Below, piece by piece: positions 12,386 through 27,051 of a stretch of DNA of 64,000 nt. Each line of letters begins with the position of its first letter. The stretch's first letter is position 1. The notes beneath the pieces are model-generated. The model saw only the letters and a list, made by a program, of their open reading frames with translations. It ran no database searches and was not told where the DNA came from. Both the position numbers and the translations under genes were made by a program. The stretch spans positions 19,096,001-19,160,000 of the forward strand of contig OX597837.1 of NCBI GenBank assembly GCA_951406725.2, read 5' to 3'. Source of the DNA: Octopus vulgaris. Its lineage: Eukaryota.

Positions 12386-13512
12386 ATATAGGATAGAATT
12401 TTAAAAAAATTCTATCAATGGCTAACATATTAAAAAATACTTTTAAAGGTTAAATTTATAAACAATTGATAAGTAAGAGCAAAAGAAAAAAGTTTTAATG
12501 CCGAAAATAGACACAACGTCAATAACCATGTAATTTATCACTACAAGCTTGTAGTGGTGCTGCTGCTGCTGATGATGATGATGGTGATGATGGTGATGAT
12601 GATGATGACAATGACGACGACAATGATAATTGCATAAAAGTTAATATTTTCGGTCAAGTAATTATTGTCACAACTCGTCACCAAATACACAGCACCATAT
12701 TGCTCTAATGGAGTCAGTTACTTCATTAGATAATCTGGAGATTATCCTAGCAGTGGATTAACAGAATCGAAAGTCAGAAAAAGAAATGTTTTGCGGCATT
12801 TATTCCATCTCTTTGCACACCGAGTCCAGCTCTACCCTTCATCCTTCTGAAGGTTCATCCATGAAATAAAGTACCAGTCACATACTAGGGGTAAGTGCAA
12901 TTCACAAACCTCTCCCATTTGTAATTTGACTCTCTGTTGGAACGGTGATTCTTATAAACGTTTAGAATAATATCTTTCTTGCTGATCATTCACTTAAAAA
13001 AAAAAATCTATTCAGCAAATCGGAAAATATTCAAATTTTACCAGTTCAAAACTCCAGCGAATGGTTCCAATTATTTAACAATTCTTTGAATTCCAGTTAA
13101 TTAAATGGAAGGAAGTAAGGGTTATTATGCAGGAGACGTCATTCTCTAATATTTAGTAATTAGAGCTTGATAGTTTCTTCAGAAGGGTGTGGGTTACATG
13201 GCAACTACATGGTTTATTTACTTGATACCTTGTATATATGTATATGTGTCTATGTGTGCTTGTGTGTGTGTGTGTATGTATGTTTGTATGTGTATATGTA
13301 TTTTTGTATGTGTGTACTTGTTTATCTATGTGTGTATCTATATGCATGTGTATGCATGTATATATGTATACATGCATATGTATGTGGTGTGTGTACGTAA
13401 TGTGTATCTGTATATATATGCATTTATGTGTATATATGAAGGATGTACTTTTGTGTCTGTATGTATGCATGTATTAACGAATATGTGGGTGTTTATATAA
13501 AATATGTAGATC

Positions 13513-13557
<45 letters not shown>

Positions 13558-13859
13558 TAGGTGAATGAATTATCCTAGTATGGATAATTCGGTTAATCGA
13601 TACCTGGGTAGCAAATTCACGTCAGAAAACACGGTTGAAGCTACATGTAGGTAGTCATCAAAAGTTTTTGTTCGTCTTGAGGCTGATAGAGGTTCCTTGT
13701 CTTTCCTGATGGGAAGACGGCATAATGCACCCGAAATTCCTTCGGAATTAAGAGTATGCAGTCTTTGAAACATGTGTTGAGAGTAAAGGAATTTTGTTAA
13801 AAATCTTCGTTCGACTCCATTCTTTCATTTATTTTATATATATATATATATATATATAT

Positions 13860-15860
13860 GATGATTGCTTCATTTTGACAGATGATAGCTGCCCCATCAA
13901 CACACACATGACACCCCATCACACAGCACAATCCCCCCCTTTGTTGTTGAGCCCTTAGATGACTTTTAAGAACAGCTGCCAACTGACAGGGTTTAAAACA
14001 CGAGTGACAGATATTATTCAAGTTTCTTCTATATCTTTGCCCTTTGGAATCTGATTCTGAAAGAAAAGTTTTGTGAACTAGCATATGTCTTTTAATTCCA
14101 GATATTGTCTTACAAGTTTTTTGACATGTGACATAAGTTCTATGAGGTGGTTGATGTCCAAGATAATTACTTGTCTGGGTATTTCGATTTTCATGTGACT
14201 TCATATAATTCACATATCCTGCTTTTGACAACAGAACATGATCACATACAATACATATCCAATGTTCACTGTTGATCCTTTGTCCAGTCCTTTTAAGGTC
14301 AGAGTGCTGAATCATCTTTTTCTCCCAGGCATTGCAACCAATCCTAAAAGCATCTCTCCACTTGTTCTAATCTAGAACATCATATTCCTGATCACTTTTG
14401 TTCATATCTAGTTTCTTTAGGTTTTCCTTCACACAGTCTTTATACCTTTTTCTTGGCTTATGCTTGGTCGCTTACCAAAGTTGAGATTACCATAAAAAAG
14501 ACGCTTTGGCAAATGCTCGTCTTTCATTCTAATAGTCCAGTCCATCTCATTTGAGCCAAGATAACATGTTGTTCAACTGAGCTGCAATATGCCATGCGCA
14601 AAATTTCTGTATCTGGTATGAAACATTCCCACTTGACTGCTAATATAAGTCTGAGACCCTTTTGATGAAATCTCTCCAGCATTTTTGTATGATGTTTGTA
14701 AGGGGTCCATGTCTCACTTGAATAAAGAAGTGCAGACAATACACATGCTTTATAGACACTGATTTTTGTCTGCAGGGAAATACCTTTACCCACCCATAGT
14801 TGCTTTTTGAGCTTTCCAAATGCAACACTTCCCTTCCCTATTCGATAGTATATTTTTTCATCAAGACTACCATCTCTTGATAGTGTGCTTCCAAGGTAAA
14901 CAAAGGTGTCAACAACTTCTAACCTTGTTCCATTCACAAAAATGTTCGGTTCCCTTTTCTCTCCCTTTGGTTTCCCAACCCAGAATAAGGTGAAACCTGC
15001 CTCCCTTTCGACAAGATGATCTTCATCTGAACTTCTTGTTTCAGAAAGAGCTGCAACATTAAAACGCCTTATCTCCTTAGTTACTAGAGCTGTTCTTCTT
15101 TCAGGCCTATGTGCTCAATCTAAAAGGGTTCGCACATTCCAGCAGACCAGGTTTAGAGAAACCTTATTCCTTGCATGCTTGTTATCATTGTTTATATCAA
15201 TTCTTTGTTCGTTCCTGCTAAATTGAACCACCGTTAACCACAGTAAATTAACCAGCAGAGAAAGGACAATTTCTAGAGCACCTTTTTAGCACCTTCCCAG
15301 TATATCCAAGAGAGCGGTGCTCTCCTTAAAAGCACTGCTCAGACACAGGATTCTCCACCGGAAACAGTTCCTGCCCATGAAGACATGTTAGCGATGTTAA
15401 GATAAGATAAGAACCCTGCCACCTTATGTGCAGATTTGTAACTGTATGCTTCCAACCGGTCAAGTCTGCATACATTGCCATGCCTCTGTCACCATAGGAC
15501 TTTTGGAAAGTGATGATTGTACGATGATGGAGTTTTGTCGGGGACATCTGTGCTTCATTGGATTTCTGTGACAAACGCTTGTACAACACTTTTGCCACAC
15601 TCTAAGTCAAAATAGTAGATTCCAGTGACAAGCAAACAAGATGACTGCAGCTTTTATATTGGAATACCTTCTCCTAGGCTTTTCCTCAAAAGGAGACTGC
15701 AAGCCAGCAGTGGTAAGTCAATTTAAATTCAGAGCTTTATTCTCCTATACTGGTTGTCCTAATCATGGCTTCATTTCAAAACAAGAGCCCAGTCTGTCCC
15801 CATCAACAGTCATGGCTTTGATAGTGCAGCCAATTAAGTAGCTGTCATTACCATGACCTG
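13860..15860 (-). mobile_element. RTE-clade LINE, internally deleted, with C-terminal C2H2-like fingers
   Basis: APE start LVCWNVRTLLD..VAALSETR fused to the RT C-terminus FVYLGSTLS..TKISVYKACVLSALLYSSETW..QMRWTG. Three CxxC..H-like motifs in 13950-14260; long 5' UTR. Confidence 0.88.
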
Positions 15861-15911
15861 GATTTTTTTAATATCTTTTTCTTTTTTTATATATATCTTT
15901 TTATATATTTA

Positions 15912-15957
<46 letters not shown>

Positions 15958-16699
15958 CTTTTTTATTTTTATTTATATTCTTAATTTTGAATTGATTTAT
16001 TTATCTATGTGTTTATTTATTTTTTATTAAAAAGACATTTTTAAATTGTAAAAATTTCAAATTCTATATCTGTTTTTAAAAATGTTTACATATGTATATA
16101 TTTTTTCTGTGTGTATGTGGGGGCAGATGAGGCATATTAGCCGTGGTGAAGGCAACTCTTCTAGGAGAAGGACGCTCTAACACACACACGTGTGCGTATA
16201 TATATATATATATGCATATACATATACATATATATATATATATATACATACATTTATACATACATACTTACATACATACGTACATTCATACATACATATA
16301 TAGGTATATATAAATGTTTACGAATACATTTTTATACATATGTAATGAATAGCTTACTAGATTCTTAGCCAGAATTCGAAACAGAATCTGCACTTTCCTA
16401 TCAGTTCCTTATTGTTTTCAGCTTTTGCTGAATTTTATAAGAGTCAACCATCACACTTAGTTAAGTTCTATTGTTTAAATTAACATTCTTAGGCTAAATC
16501 GGGTTGAGGCAGATAAGAGACAGAAAATCCTTTGTCTAGCCTGACTTAATTTAGTCAGCAAAAAAATATAAATACAGAACCGAAAATCGGTTCTATCTCT
16601 TTGGTCACTTGGTGCCTAGCTGAAGAACATCTCTTTCTCACCCTTCACTTATTGATTGTTATCACACCACAATACAACTTTCACTCTAGCTACCTGTTA

Positions 16700-17372
16700 G
16701 CCCAGAGAGGTAGACTCTCTTACTCTTATTCATTTGTCTCCAGGTCGAGCAGCTACGCCACTGCATTGAAATGCAATTAGAATGTTGCAGAAAAGAATCA
16801 CATGATGGATTCTTCAAGCTGAGCCAATTGGGAGGAGACTGGGGGATAGACCAAGAACAAGATGCTTGGATAATATATCCTATTTCTTTACTACCCACAA
16901 GGGGCTAAACACAGAGAGGACAAACAAGGACAGACAAACGGATTAAGTTGATTATATCGATCCCAGTGTGTGACTGGTACTTATTTAATCGACCCCGAAA
17001 GGATGAAAGGCAAAGTCGACCTCAGCGGAATTTGAACTCAGAACGTAGCGACGGGCAAAATACCTATTTCTTTACTACCCACAAGGGGCTAAAAACAGAG
17101 GGGACGAACAAGGACAGACAAATAGATTAAGTTGATTGCATCGACCCCAGTGCGTAATTGGTACTTATTTAATCGACCCCGAAAGGATGAAAGGCAAAGT
17201 CGACCTCGGCGGAATTTGAACTCAGAACGTAACGGCAGACAAAATATCACTAAGCATTTCAACCAGCGTGCTGACGTTTCTGCCATCCATTGTCTCAGTT
17301 GGTCATGCTTGGGAATCCTGCCAGAAAGTCTAATGTCAGTTGGTTCTGACAGAACCCTATGGAGGAGATGCT
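16700..17372 (+). mobile_element. RTE LINE 3' fragment interrupted by SINE B
   Basis: WILQAEPIGRRLGDRPRTRCLDNI, then after the SINE ..SDRTLWRRC. Confidence 0.65.
16879..17285 (-). mobile_element. SINE family B, head-to-tail tandem (184-bp period)
   Basis: B-box-like gagttcaaattcc; core gcctttcatcctttcggggtcgat; tail gggtagtaaagaaatagg present twice. Confidence 0.85.
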
Positions 17373-17878
17373 TTTCATATTCTTTGCTATTGAAATCATC
17401 TGCTTTTATATTTTCTCATTCTCAACATCTTCTCTATGCCTTACTTCATATCTTACATGAATCTCTCTCGCTCTCTCTCTCTCTTTCACTGTCTTTCTAT
17501 GTTTCTACCTATCTCTGTTTCTGTCTCCTTCTGTTGAACATTTGGCCACTTGTCACACCACTCTTATTTTATCATATTGGAGACTGTCTTTCTTCTTTTC
17601 ATTTCTCTTTTCTCATGCATGCTATCTCTTCCTCCTAGTCTTTCTTTCATCATACCTTTATTTCACTGTCTACTCACCTGACAGCTTGGTTTGACCACTG
17701 ACTTAAGGACCCCCCCTCTCTCTCCCTCTCCCTTTCTCTTTCTTATACTTTATTTCTCATGCTTCCAAATCTCTAAGTATAGCCACTGCTTTCTTCTTCC
17801 TCACTTCTATTGCATGACACAAAGAGAGAAACCAACTCCACAAAGTAAAAAAAAAGGAATGGAAAAAACACAACTTGG

Positions 17879-17916
<38 letters not shown>

Positions 17917-18242
17917 AATGAGTTGTACATTCATATTTATGTATGTATCTCTCTCTCTCTCTCTCCTCTCCCTCTTACTCCTCTCTTTATATATTTACAA
18001 TGTGAAAATGTTTACAGACTTATGATGTTTACTCTGCAAAGATGTTTATTCAATATGTACTACTTGCATTCTCTGCTACAAACTGTCTTTGGAAGAAACG
18101 TTTTTTTTTTAGTAATTAAAGTTCATTTAATTAATCAAAATTATGTTAATAACTGCTATATTTATCTGGCCCCATCCTAAAATTGTATCAACAAATGCAA
18201 GATACCAGCTTTTGTTTACCAGCTAATCAAATAAAAATCGAC

Positions 18243-18291
<49 letters not shown>

Positions 18292-18349
18292 CACTACTGT
18301 TGCTGCTGCTGCTACTGCTGCTGCTGCTACTGCTACTGCTGCTACTGCT

Positions 18350-18830
18350 GCTGAAAGAAATTCCTCAAATGGGATGATCTCTGAAAGCTATTCATGGACC
18401 CCTCCCCCCACCAAACCTTAGTCATCTTGACCACTAAGGCAAGTGCCCTTTTGTAGTTGTGCTCCTCCAATCTTCATTCACGTGCTCTAAGTCAACCCAT
18501 TCACTCAGACCATGTTGGCTACTGTTGTCCATCTTCCAACAAATTTGCTGGGAGGCAGTACTTGCCTCTCTCTCTCTCTTTCCTACTTTTCTTTTCAAGT
18601 GATACTTGAAAAAAAGTTGGTGAGGACTTGCTCAAAGAGGGTGGCTTCTGCCTTTTTCATATCATCCACCATACAACCTCTTTTGACAAAGCCACCAGGC
18701 TGATAAAAACTGCTTGTTTTTTCTAACCAAAGGAAGATGGAGGGACAATCCTTACAGTGGACTCAGCTGATAACCAAATCCATTTTACTCTCAACAGTAG
18801 CTGTTTGGCATAACTCCATGAGTCATAATG
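18350..18830 (-). mobile_element. Second Tx1-like LINE 3' fragment
   Basis: Visible homology to 4310-4600 (ttgctgggaggcag, ttttcaagtga..cttgaaaaa, caacctcttt, gttgataacc/gctgataacc). Confidence 0.75.
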
Positions 18831-18939
18831 ATAAATGACCACAAAAATGTCTCCAATTCTTATTTTAAGAAAAGATACACTGGATGCATTCTCAAACCAT
18901 TTTTAATAGTGATAACAACAACAACAATGATACTAATAA

Positions 18940-19066
<127 letters not shown>

Positions 19067-19617
19067 CTACACTGGATAATGTGTTGGCATTATAAAATCA
19101 AAACTGCTGACAAATGGTATAAGCACCACCCTGAGGCTGTAACTGAGGGATAAAATGTAAGTATTCTTTGGGACTTCCCAGTATGTAAAGACCGGACCAT
19201 CAAAGCAAAAACACCAGATATTGTTTTGAAAGACCAAAGCAATAAAGTTGATTTATCGATTGACATGAGTATACCCTGTGACCATAAGAATTTGATAAAC
19301 TCAAAAAATATAAAGATCTGCTAATTGAAATTGAAAAGTTGTGACACCTCAAGATGGTTACAATACCAGTGATTGTAGGAGCACTTGAAATGATAAAAAA
19401 AGGAACTCTTTTACTCTTCTACTTGTTTCAGTCATTTCACACAGGCCATGCTGGAGCACTGCCTTTTAGTCAAGCAAATCGATCCCAGGACTTATTCTTT
19501 GTAAGCCTAGTACTTATTCTATTGGTCTCTTTTGCTAAGTTACGGGGACGTAAACACACCAGCATCGGTTGTCAAGTGATGTTGGTGGGACAAACACAGA
19601 CACACAAACATATACAT

Positions 19618-19671
<54 letters not shown>

Positions 19672-19692
19672 ATACACACACACAAACACACA

Positions 19693-19728
<36 letters not shown>

Positions 19729-19918
19729 TATATGATGGGCTTCTTTCAGTTTCCGTCTACCAAAACCACTCACAAGGCTTTGGTTGGCCCGAGGGTTTAG
19801 TAGAAGGCACTTGCCCAAGGTGCCACGCTGTGGGACTGAACCCAGAACAATGTGGTTGGTAAGCAAGCTACTTACCACACAGCCAATCCTACTGAAAATT
19901 ATTTAAGAATGATCCCAT
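19067..19918 (+). mobile_element. R4/Dong-type RLE fragment split by SINE A
   Basis: HWIMCWHY..WYKHHPE..ILWDFP..PDIV..IDMSIP..KYKDLLIEIE..IPVIVGAL; resumes TENYLRMIP after the SINE. Confidence 0.82.
19405..19890 (-). mobile_element. SINE family A with internal (CA)n
   Basis: Full head-body-tail match to other copies. Confidence 0.9.
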
Positions 19919-19959
19919 TGCCCATGACTTTGTAAATGGACAATTTGGTGTGTTTATTT

Positions 19960-20258
19960 ACAGTACTGGGGTCGATGTAATCGACTTACCACCTACCCCA
20001 AAATTGCTGGCCTTGTGCCAGAATTTGAAAGCAATATAATTTAATATGAAGGTGTTGAGCTGGTTGAATTCTTAGCATGCTGGGCAAAATGCTTAGTGGC
20101 ATTTCATCCATCTTTAAGTTCTGAGTTCAAGTTCTGCCAAGGTTGATTTAACCATTCATCGTTTTGGGGTCGATCAAATAAGGACCAGTTGAGTACTAGG
20201 GTTGATGTAATCAACTTACCCCTCCCTTGAAATTTCTGGCATTTGGCCAAAATTTGAA
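19960..20258 (+). mobile_element. SINE family B variants (tail fragment plus one copy)
   Basis: gagctgg..gaaatgcttag..gttctgagttcaag..ggggtcgat..gatgtaatc. Confidence 0.75.
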
Positions 20259-21687
20259 AATAAAATAATATAATATCAGATGTTAACTGAAATAGGATCC
20301 AAGTGATAAGCTTAACAACTATCAACAGTGTTCTGATAATGATACTATCTGCTATATATAGAGATAGACTATATCTACCCACCCACCACCAGTGGGAGGA
20401 TGACCATATCTATAGAGTGGAAGTGAGCCAAAATGAAAGCTAATATGAATTCAAAAGCTCTGAAGTAATGCAAGAAAAAAATTAGAAATGTAAAAATACT
20501 GAAGTAAAATATAATAGGAAGAGCTGATAAGAAGAGAGCTTCGACCTGTCAGAAATAGTTGCCAAATTTCCTTCAAAACACCTCCCACTGTCTTAATAAA
20601 AGGGAACACCACTTTCAATAATGTAGCTTTTTTTTATAACACTATGTGACGTGAGTCATGTTTGAAATATTTGCTTTGATTTTAAGTTTGCTGGATCAGA
20701 GTTGACAATAATAAACATTATCATCATCAGTAGTAACCATAACAACCAGAGTAAAATATTTAAACAGCAGTTATATGTTAACTTCTGGTCACGCAGTTGA
20801 CATAATCAAAGAATTGATCACCAAATGTCCGATTGTCCAATTATGGTGGGCAGGATATTATATCGCTTGGGAAATATGTCAAAACACTTAAGGGAAAGAA
20901 TAAATGGTATGAACTGGCACCGAATCTGGTATATGACTTAGAGATGATAATCTGTCCAGGTTAACAAAAAGAACATGACTTTGCGTTCTGAGTGACATCT
21001 CAATCACTTGTAAAGAAAACATCTGTTGGAAGCAGTGGCAAGTCTTGTGAAAAGTGTCCAGGCCCCTGAGTTCCCAGCACTTGTGGGGAAAGTAATTTTT
21101 AGCTGTACCACCTTAGTTTATGAACATGATAGAATAAAGGAAATCTTGTTCTTCTTAATATCTGAGCTTGAAGGTATCTTTTATTCCTTCACCCCACTAT
21201 TTTGTAATGTCACTGTCTGGAAGGATGTAGAAAATCTAAGTACAAATAGTTAAAAATGGGAAGAAGCCACCTGGCTAGAAATGGTTGTTAGCAATCCCAG
21301 TGTCAGAATGAATAAAAAATATCTATGTTCTTCAGGAGATTAAGGTATAGCAGTTGGAAGCCCAGAAAGGTGGAATGTTGCAAGTTCTATGTAATTGGAG
21401 CCCTTCATGTTGCATATCAAAAATGATATGTGGGTACAATAATGAAAGAACTTTGAGAAGCAATGAAGATAAGGTAGATCTTGGAATAAACTTGATGAAA
21501 ATCGGGTAAGTTAAAAACATTTTTGCATAGAATTTGAACAACAATAAATTTCAAACATGTGGTGTCCCCCTGGTGATTGGCTACCATGGAGGAGACAATC
21601 TTATATAAATTGAGTTGGGGCAGGTTTGGAAGTTTGAAATATAAATCAAAGCAAAGAAAATGTACAAAATGTACACATTTAATATTT

Positions 21688-21888
21688 CTCTTTTACTCTT
21701 TACTCTCTTTTACTTGTTTCAGTCATTTGACTGCGGCCATGCTGGAGCACCGCTTTTAGTCGAGCAAATCGACCCCGGGACTTATTCTTTGTAAGCCCAG
21801 TACTTATTCTATCGGTCTCTTTTGCCGAACCGATAAGTGACGGGGACGTAAACACACCAGCATCGGTTGTCAAGCAATGCTAGGGGGA

Positions 21889-21970
<82 letters not shown>

Positions 21971-22142
21971 CATATATATGACAGGCTTCTTTCAGTTTCT
22001 GTCTACCAAATCCACTCACAAGGCATTGGGTCGGCCCAGGGCTATAGCAGAAGACACTTGCCCAAGATGCCACACAGTGGGACTGAACCCGGAACCATGT
22101 GGTTGGTTAGCAAGCTACTTACCACACAGCCACTCCTGCGCC
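21688..22142 (-). mobile_element. SINE family A, full length
   Basis: ggcgcaggagtggctgtgtgg (A box), ggttcagtcc (B box), (GTAAAAGA)n tail. Confidence 0.92.
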
Positions 22143-22287
22143 TTTTGTACATATCAAAAAGATTAAAAAATTTCTAGCTGTTGGGAGCCATATTTTCTTC
22201 TGCCTATTTTAATGTATATCTTAAGAGAAACAATATTCCTTCACTTGTTTATCCGGTTATCTAACTTGTCTCCTCTAAGAAAGACTC

Positions 22288-22454
22288 CGAAGCATCCAGT
22301 CCACTCTGTTAAGTGGTTGGCATTAGGAAGGGCATACAGCCATAAAAATCATGTCAAAACACACAGTGAAGCCTTGTGCAGTCTTCTGGCTTGCCAGATC
22401 CTGTCAAACCATCCAACCCATGCCAGCATGGAAAACAAGCATTAAATGATGATA

Positions 22455-22497
<43 letters not shown>
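22288..22497 (+). mobile_element. RTE-type 3' tail fragment with (GAT)n
   Basis: ggttggcattaggaagggcat..ccaacccatgccagcatgga..ttaaatgatgat; resemblance recalled, not searched. Confidence 0.6.
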
Positions 22498-22874
22498 CAA
22501 GTGTGTCCACTAATTCTTTCTCATTCTATTAGTTTCCCTGGAATTGTTATTTACTCAAATTTCAGGAAGACTTTATAGCCTGGGAAAAATCTTGCTGTCA
22601 GCATTGTTTTCATTGCAGGAGTCATACATCAGAAACAAGATATCAGCTCAGAGTGAATTTTTCTAAGAATTGAATTACCAAAAACCTTGTTGCTAGACTT
22701 TCAATGTGTAAACAACAACTAACAATTGTGTTACAGCAAATCCTGACAAAACCACCCTCCAAGCATTTGATCATGCATATATCAAACTTGGATACATCAA
22801 CATGAAAAAGACATCTTTTGCAGCACCAACACTCTCTGTCAGATATCAGACTTCAGCAATGGTTTTCAGCTACT

Positions 22875-23138
22875 CTATATGGCAGCTATTTACATTAAGA
22901 TAGACAGGGCACAAGGTAAACTGTACATCTACATGGTGGCTATTAGGTGAACTGGCTCCAATAGTGAATTATACTTATCTATATTGTAGCTATTTACATT
23001 TAGAGAAATTGGCTACAACAGTGAACTATACATCTATATGGTAACTATTTACAGTTAGATGGACTGGCTACAATAGTGAAGTGTACATCTATAATGTAGT
23101 TATTTAAATTTAGATGAGTAGGTGTGAGTGAACTCTAT
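22875..23138. repeat. ~55-bp minisatellite, about 5 diverged units
   Basis: Unit approximately ctatatggtagctatttacatttagatggactggctacaatagtgaactatacat. Confidence 0.8.
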
Positions 23139-23204
23139 TTGTAACAAAATCATATAAAAAAGTTATGTGTCACAGTACTTTAACTGTTAATATCAGTGCC
23201 ATGA

Positions 23205-23365
23205 TATGTCCTTATGTTCTGAGTTCAAATTCCACTTTGGTCGACTTTGCCTTTCATCCTTTCAGGGTTGATAAAATAAGTGCCAGTTGAGCACTGGGGT
23301 CAATGTAATCGACTTATCCACATCCTCCAAATTGCTGGCCTTGTGCCAATATTTGAAATCAATAT
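23205..23365 (+). mobile_element. SINE family B variant
   Basis: gttctgagttcaaattcc..gactttgcctttcatcctttc. Confidence 0.8.
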
Positions 23366-23769
23366 TACTCACATCAAACACGATATACTTTCATTCTTTT
23401 GCTAGCATCAATCAGTGTGGCATTGCCAAGGAACACCCTGTTGCCATTTAGCCAATCCTGTTATTCCCAGCCCCTTTTTTTCTTTTATTGAGCTCTTTGT
23501 CAAACTGCTTCAAAAACAAAGACTCCAACATTCAGACACATCGACATGACAGATTTCTGCATTATTTTTGTCAATCAAATTCCGCTTCTAAAGAATTGGT
23601 CAGCTTGTGGTTATGACGGTCAGCGCTTGCTCAATAAGCTGCAGAGTGGGATTGAGCACTGGACCAGATAGTTGAGAATCAGATATATATATAACTATAT
23701 AGCCAAATCTGTGCAGACATGGGTATTCTTGAAATAATCATAGAAGTTGCTTGTGCAAAAATTGGTATC

Positions 23770-24090
23770 TTTTTCTTGGTTGAGTCTTTGAACTATGGCC
23801 ATGCTGGGGCACTACTGTGAAGAGATTAGTTGAACAAATCAACCCCTGTTGTCAAGCAGTGGTGGAGACAAATACAAACACACACACACACACACACACA
23901 AAGACATATATACACATAGGTACACATAGGTACATGTATGTGTATATGATGAGCTTCTTTCAGTTTCTATCAACAAAATCCACTTTGGTCGATCTTGGGC
24001 TACAGTGAAAGACACTTTTTGAAGTGCACAGTGGGACTGAACTGAAGACCACATCTTTGGGAAGCAAGCTTCTTTCCACACAGCCATATA
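23770..24090 (-). mobile_element. SINE family A, CpG-decayed
   Basis: ggccatgctggggcac..cagtgggactgaac..ccacacagcca. Confidence 0.8.
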
Positions 24091-24094
24091 TTTG

Positions 24095-24405
24095 AGACTT
24101 CTTTTGGTCACAAATGACCATGGGATTGCATCTAGAAAGTTCTCTTCCAAGACACAAGTCTAGGCAAGGTTGTTTATGGAAGACCAGCCTCCATTCTTCA
24201 TGTCCACTGATATTCTCCAAGGGAAAAGCAAAAGTCAATACATCTTGGCACCAGTGATGCTGTAACTTATTTCTACAGCTGAGTGAACAGGAGCAACATG
24301 AAATAAAGTGTCTTGCTCAAGAACATAACACTCAGCCCGGTCTGGGAATCAAACTCACAACCTCACAATTATAAGCTCAATGCTCTAGCCACTGAGCCAA
24401 GCACC
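24095..24405 (-). mobile_element. tRNA-derived SINE family C, CpG-decayed
   Basis: Reverse-complement homology to 28940-29240 and 54702-55014. Confidence 0.8.
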
Positions 24406-25654
24406 TATATTACAGATGTATTATTGTTTTGTATTATTCTTTTTACTGACTGTGGTAAGATATTCTCTTTTAAGAGTTTAGTTAGAGCTGTGTAAACTAT
24501 GGGTTTACTGCCAGTAAGGTGAGAATTGGCAATGAGGTCAGTAAAAAATTTACCTCTTAGATAGGTGTCCATCAAGACTTAGTTCTTCACATAGAAATTT
24601 AGGACTGGTTTGTCAGGGTAACTCTGCTATGCTGACAACCAAGTTCATATAACACCAAATCAGTTAACGAATTACAGAAAAAGTTATTTTTAAAATAGGG
24701 AATCAGAGCCTGAAATTAAGAGGTATAAAGGTAAATCTGAAGCCACATCCTACTGACTTAGAAAGGAGCACATTGGCTAATGGGATCCAGGTAATGCTAT
24801 TCCTAAAAAACAATAAAAAAAACCCTTTAAAAAACCAAAAACAAAAAATAAAACAAAAACAAGCCAAAACAAAAAGTACAAAAAACAAAACAAAGTAAGA
24901 AAAAAATCATGGCATGTTGAGTCTAATTTTGTTATGAAGATTTTGTGATCTTGGAATTTATGGATAATGTTTTGCTCATCATTATTCTTTCTTATTTCTT
25001 ACCTCAAATAGTTTTGCTTCTCACTTGTATTTGAGTGTTATGCTTTAGACAGCCTTGACTATGGAATGAAAATGAAGATAAAGTCAGAGACATTAGCATA
25101 ATAAATTTAAGCATCAAAACAGAAATGAGAATATTGGAAAAGAACAAAATATGCACATGTCCTGTTAATAAATCATAGTTGTTTTAAAATTAAAAGAAAT
25201 AATCAGGGAGTGTATTTTAGTTATAAATATCCAGATGAAAGGATCATCTTGTCCAGTTCGAGGACATGATCATGAAAACATTTCAGATGAGAAAACGTGT
25301 GTGGTAAGAAGCTTGCTTCCCAACCACATGGGCTGGAATTGAGCCCCTCTGCATGACACCTCTTACAGCTCTGGGCTGACCAAAGCTTTGTGAGTGTTTT
25401 TGATTGAGGGAAACTGAAAAGAAACCCATCATTTAATTTCATATTACACTCCATATTTCACTAACACTTTATTCTAAGGCATATACTCTTTTACTCTTTT
25501 ACTTGTTTCAGTCATTTGACTGTGGCCATGCTGGAGCACCACCTTTAAGAACTCAATATGTATATTGAGTTCTAACACCAGGTTATTAATATTGCTATGC
25601 CTAAGTCAAAGATTGTATATATATATATATAGTGTATGTATGTATGTATGTATG

Positions 25655-26498
<844 letters not shown>

Positions 26499-27051
26499 AT
26501 GTATGTATGTATGTATGTATGTATGTATGTATGTATGTATGTATGCATGTATGCATGTATGCATGTATGTATGTATGTATGTATGTATGTATGTATGTAT
26601 GCATGTATGTATGTATGTATGTATGTATGTATGTATGTATGTATGTATGTATGTATGTATGTATGTGTTTATGTTGTGTTTGGTCCTCACCCACCATTTA
26701 ACAACTGGTGTTAGCTTATTTACATCCCCATAACTTAGCAGGTCAGCTAAAGCGATCCAATTAAATAAATAGGGAACTTACAAATAAGTACTGGGGTCGA
26801 GTTGGTCGATTAAGCTCGTCGGGGCGGTGTCCGCAAATGGCAGCTGTCCAATGACAGAAAAAAGTAAAAGATGAAAAAATAATAAATGCCCCAGCATGGC
26901 CGCGGCCTTCAGGCTAAAACATTTTAAAGGATTTAAGGAACTTCTGACACCAAACCAGACATAACCAGACTCATAAGGTCAGGGCAGAGTTTCGTATATC
27001 GACTCGTGGGATTCGATGTTAAAACGGGAGGAACCGAAACTATTACCGCCG

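Noticed and set aside
15800-15860. Possible HDV-like ribozyme at the RTE 5' end (gtcatgg/ccatgac pairing)
   Set aside because: P2, P3, P1.1 and the catalytic C could not be placed convincingly.
16744-16878. Apparent + strand exon after ttgtctccAG
   Set aside because: Another frame gives an RTE C-terminal motif (GRR..RPRTR..DNI) that continues beyond the SINE.
22875-23138. CRISPR-like periodicity
   Set aside because: Units are contiguous diverged tandem copies without unique spacers; eukaryotic context and no cas genes.
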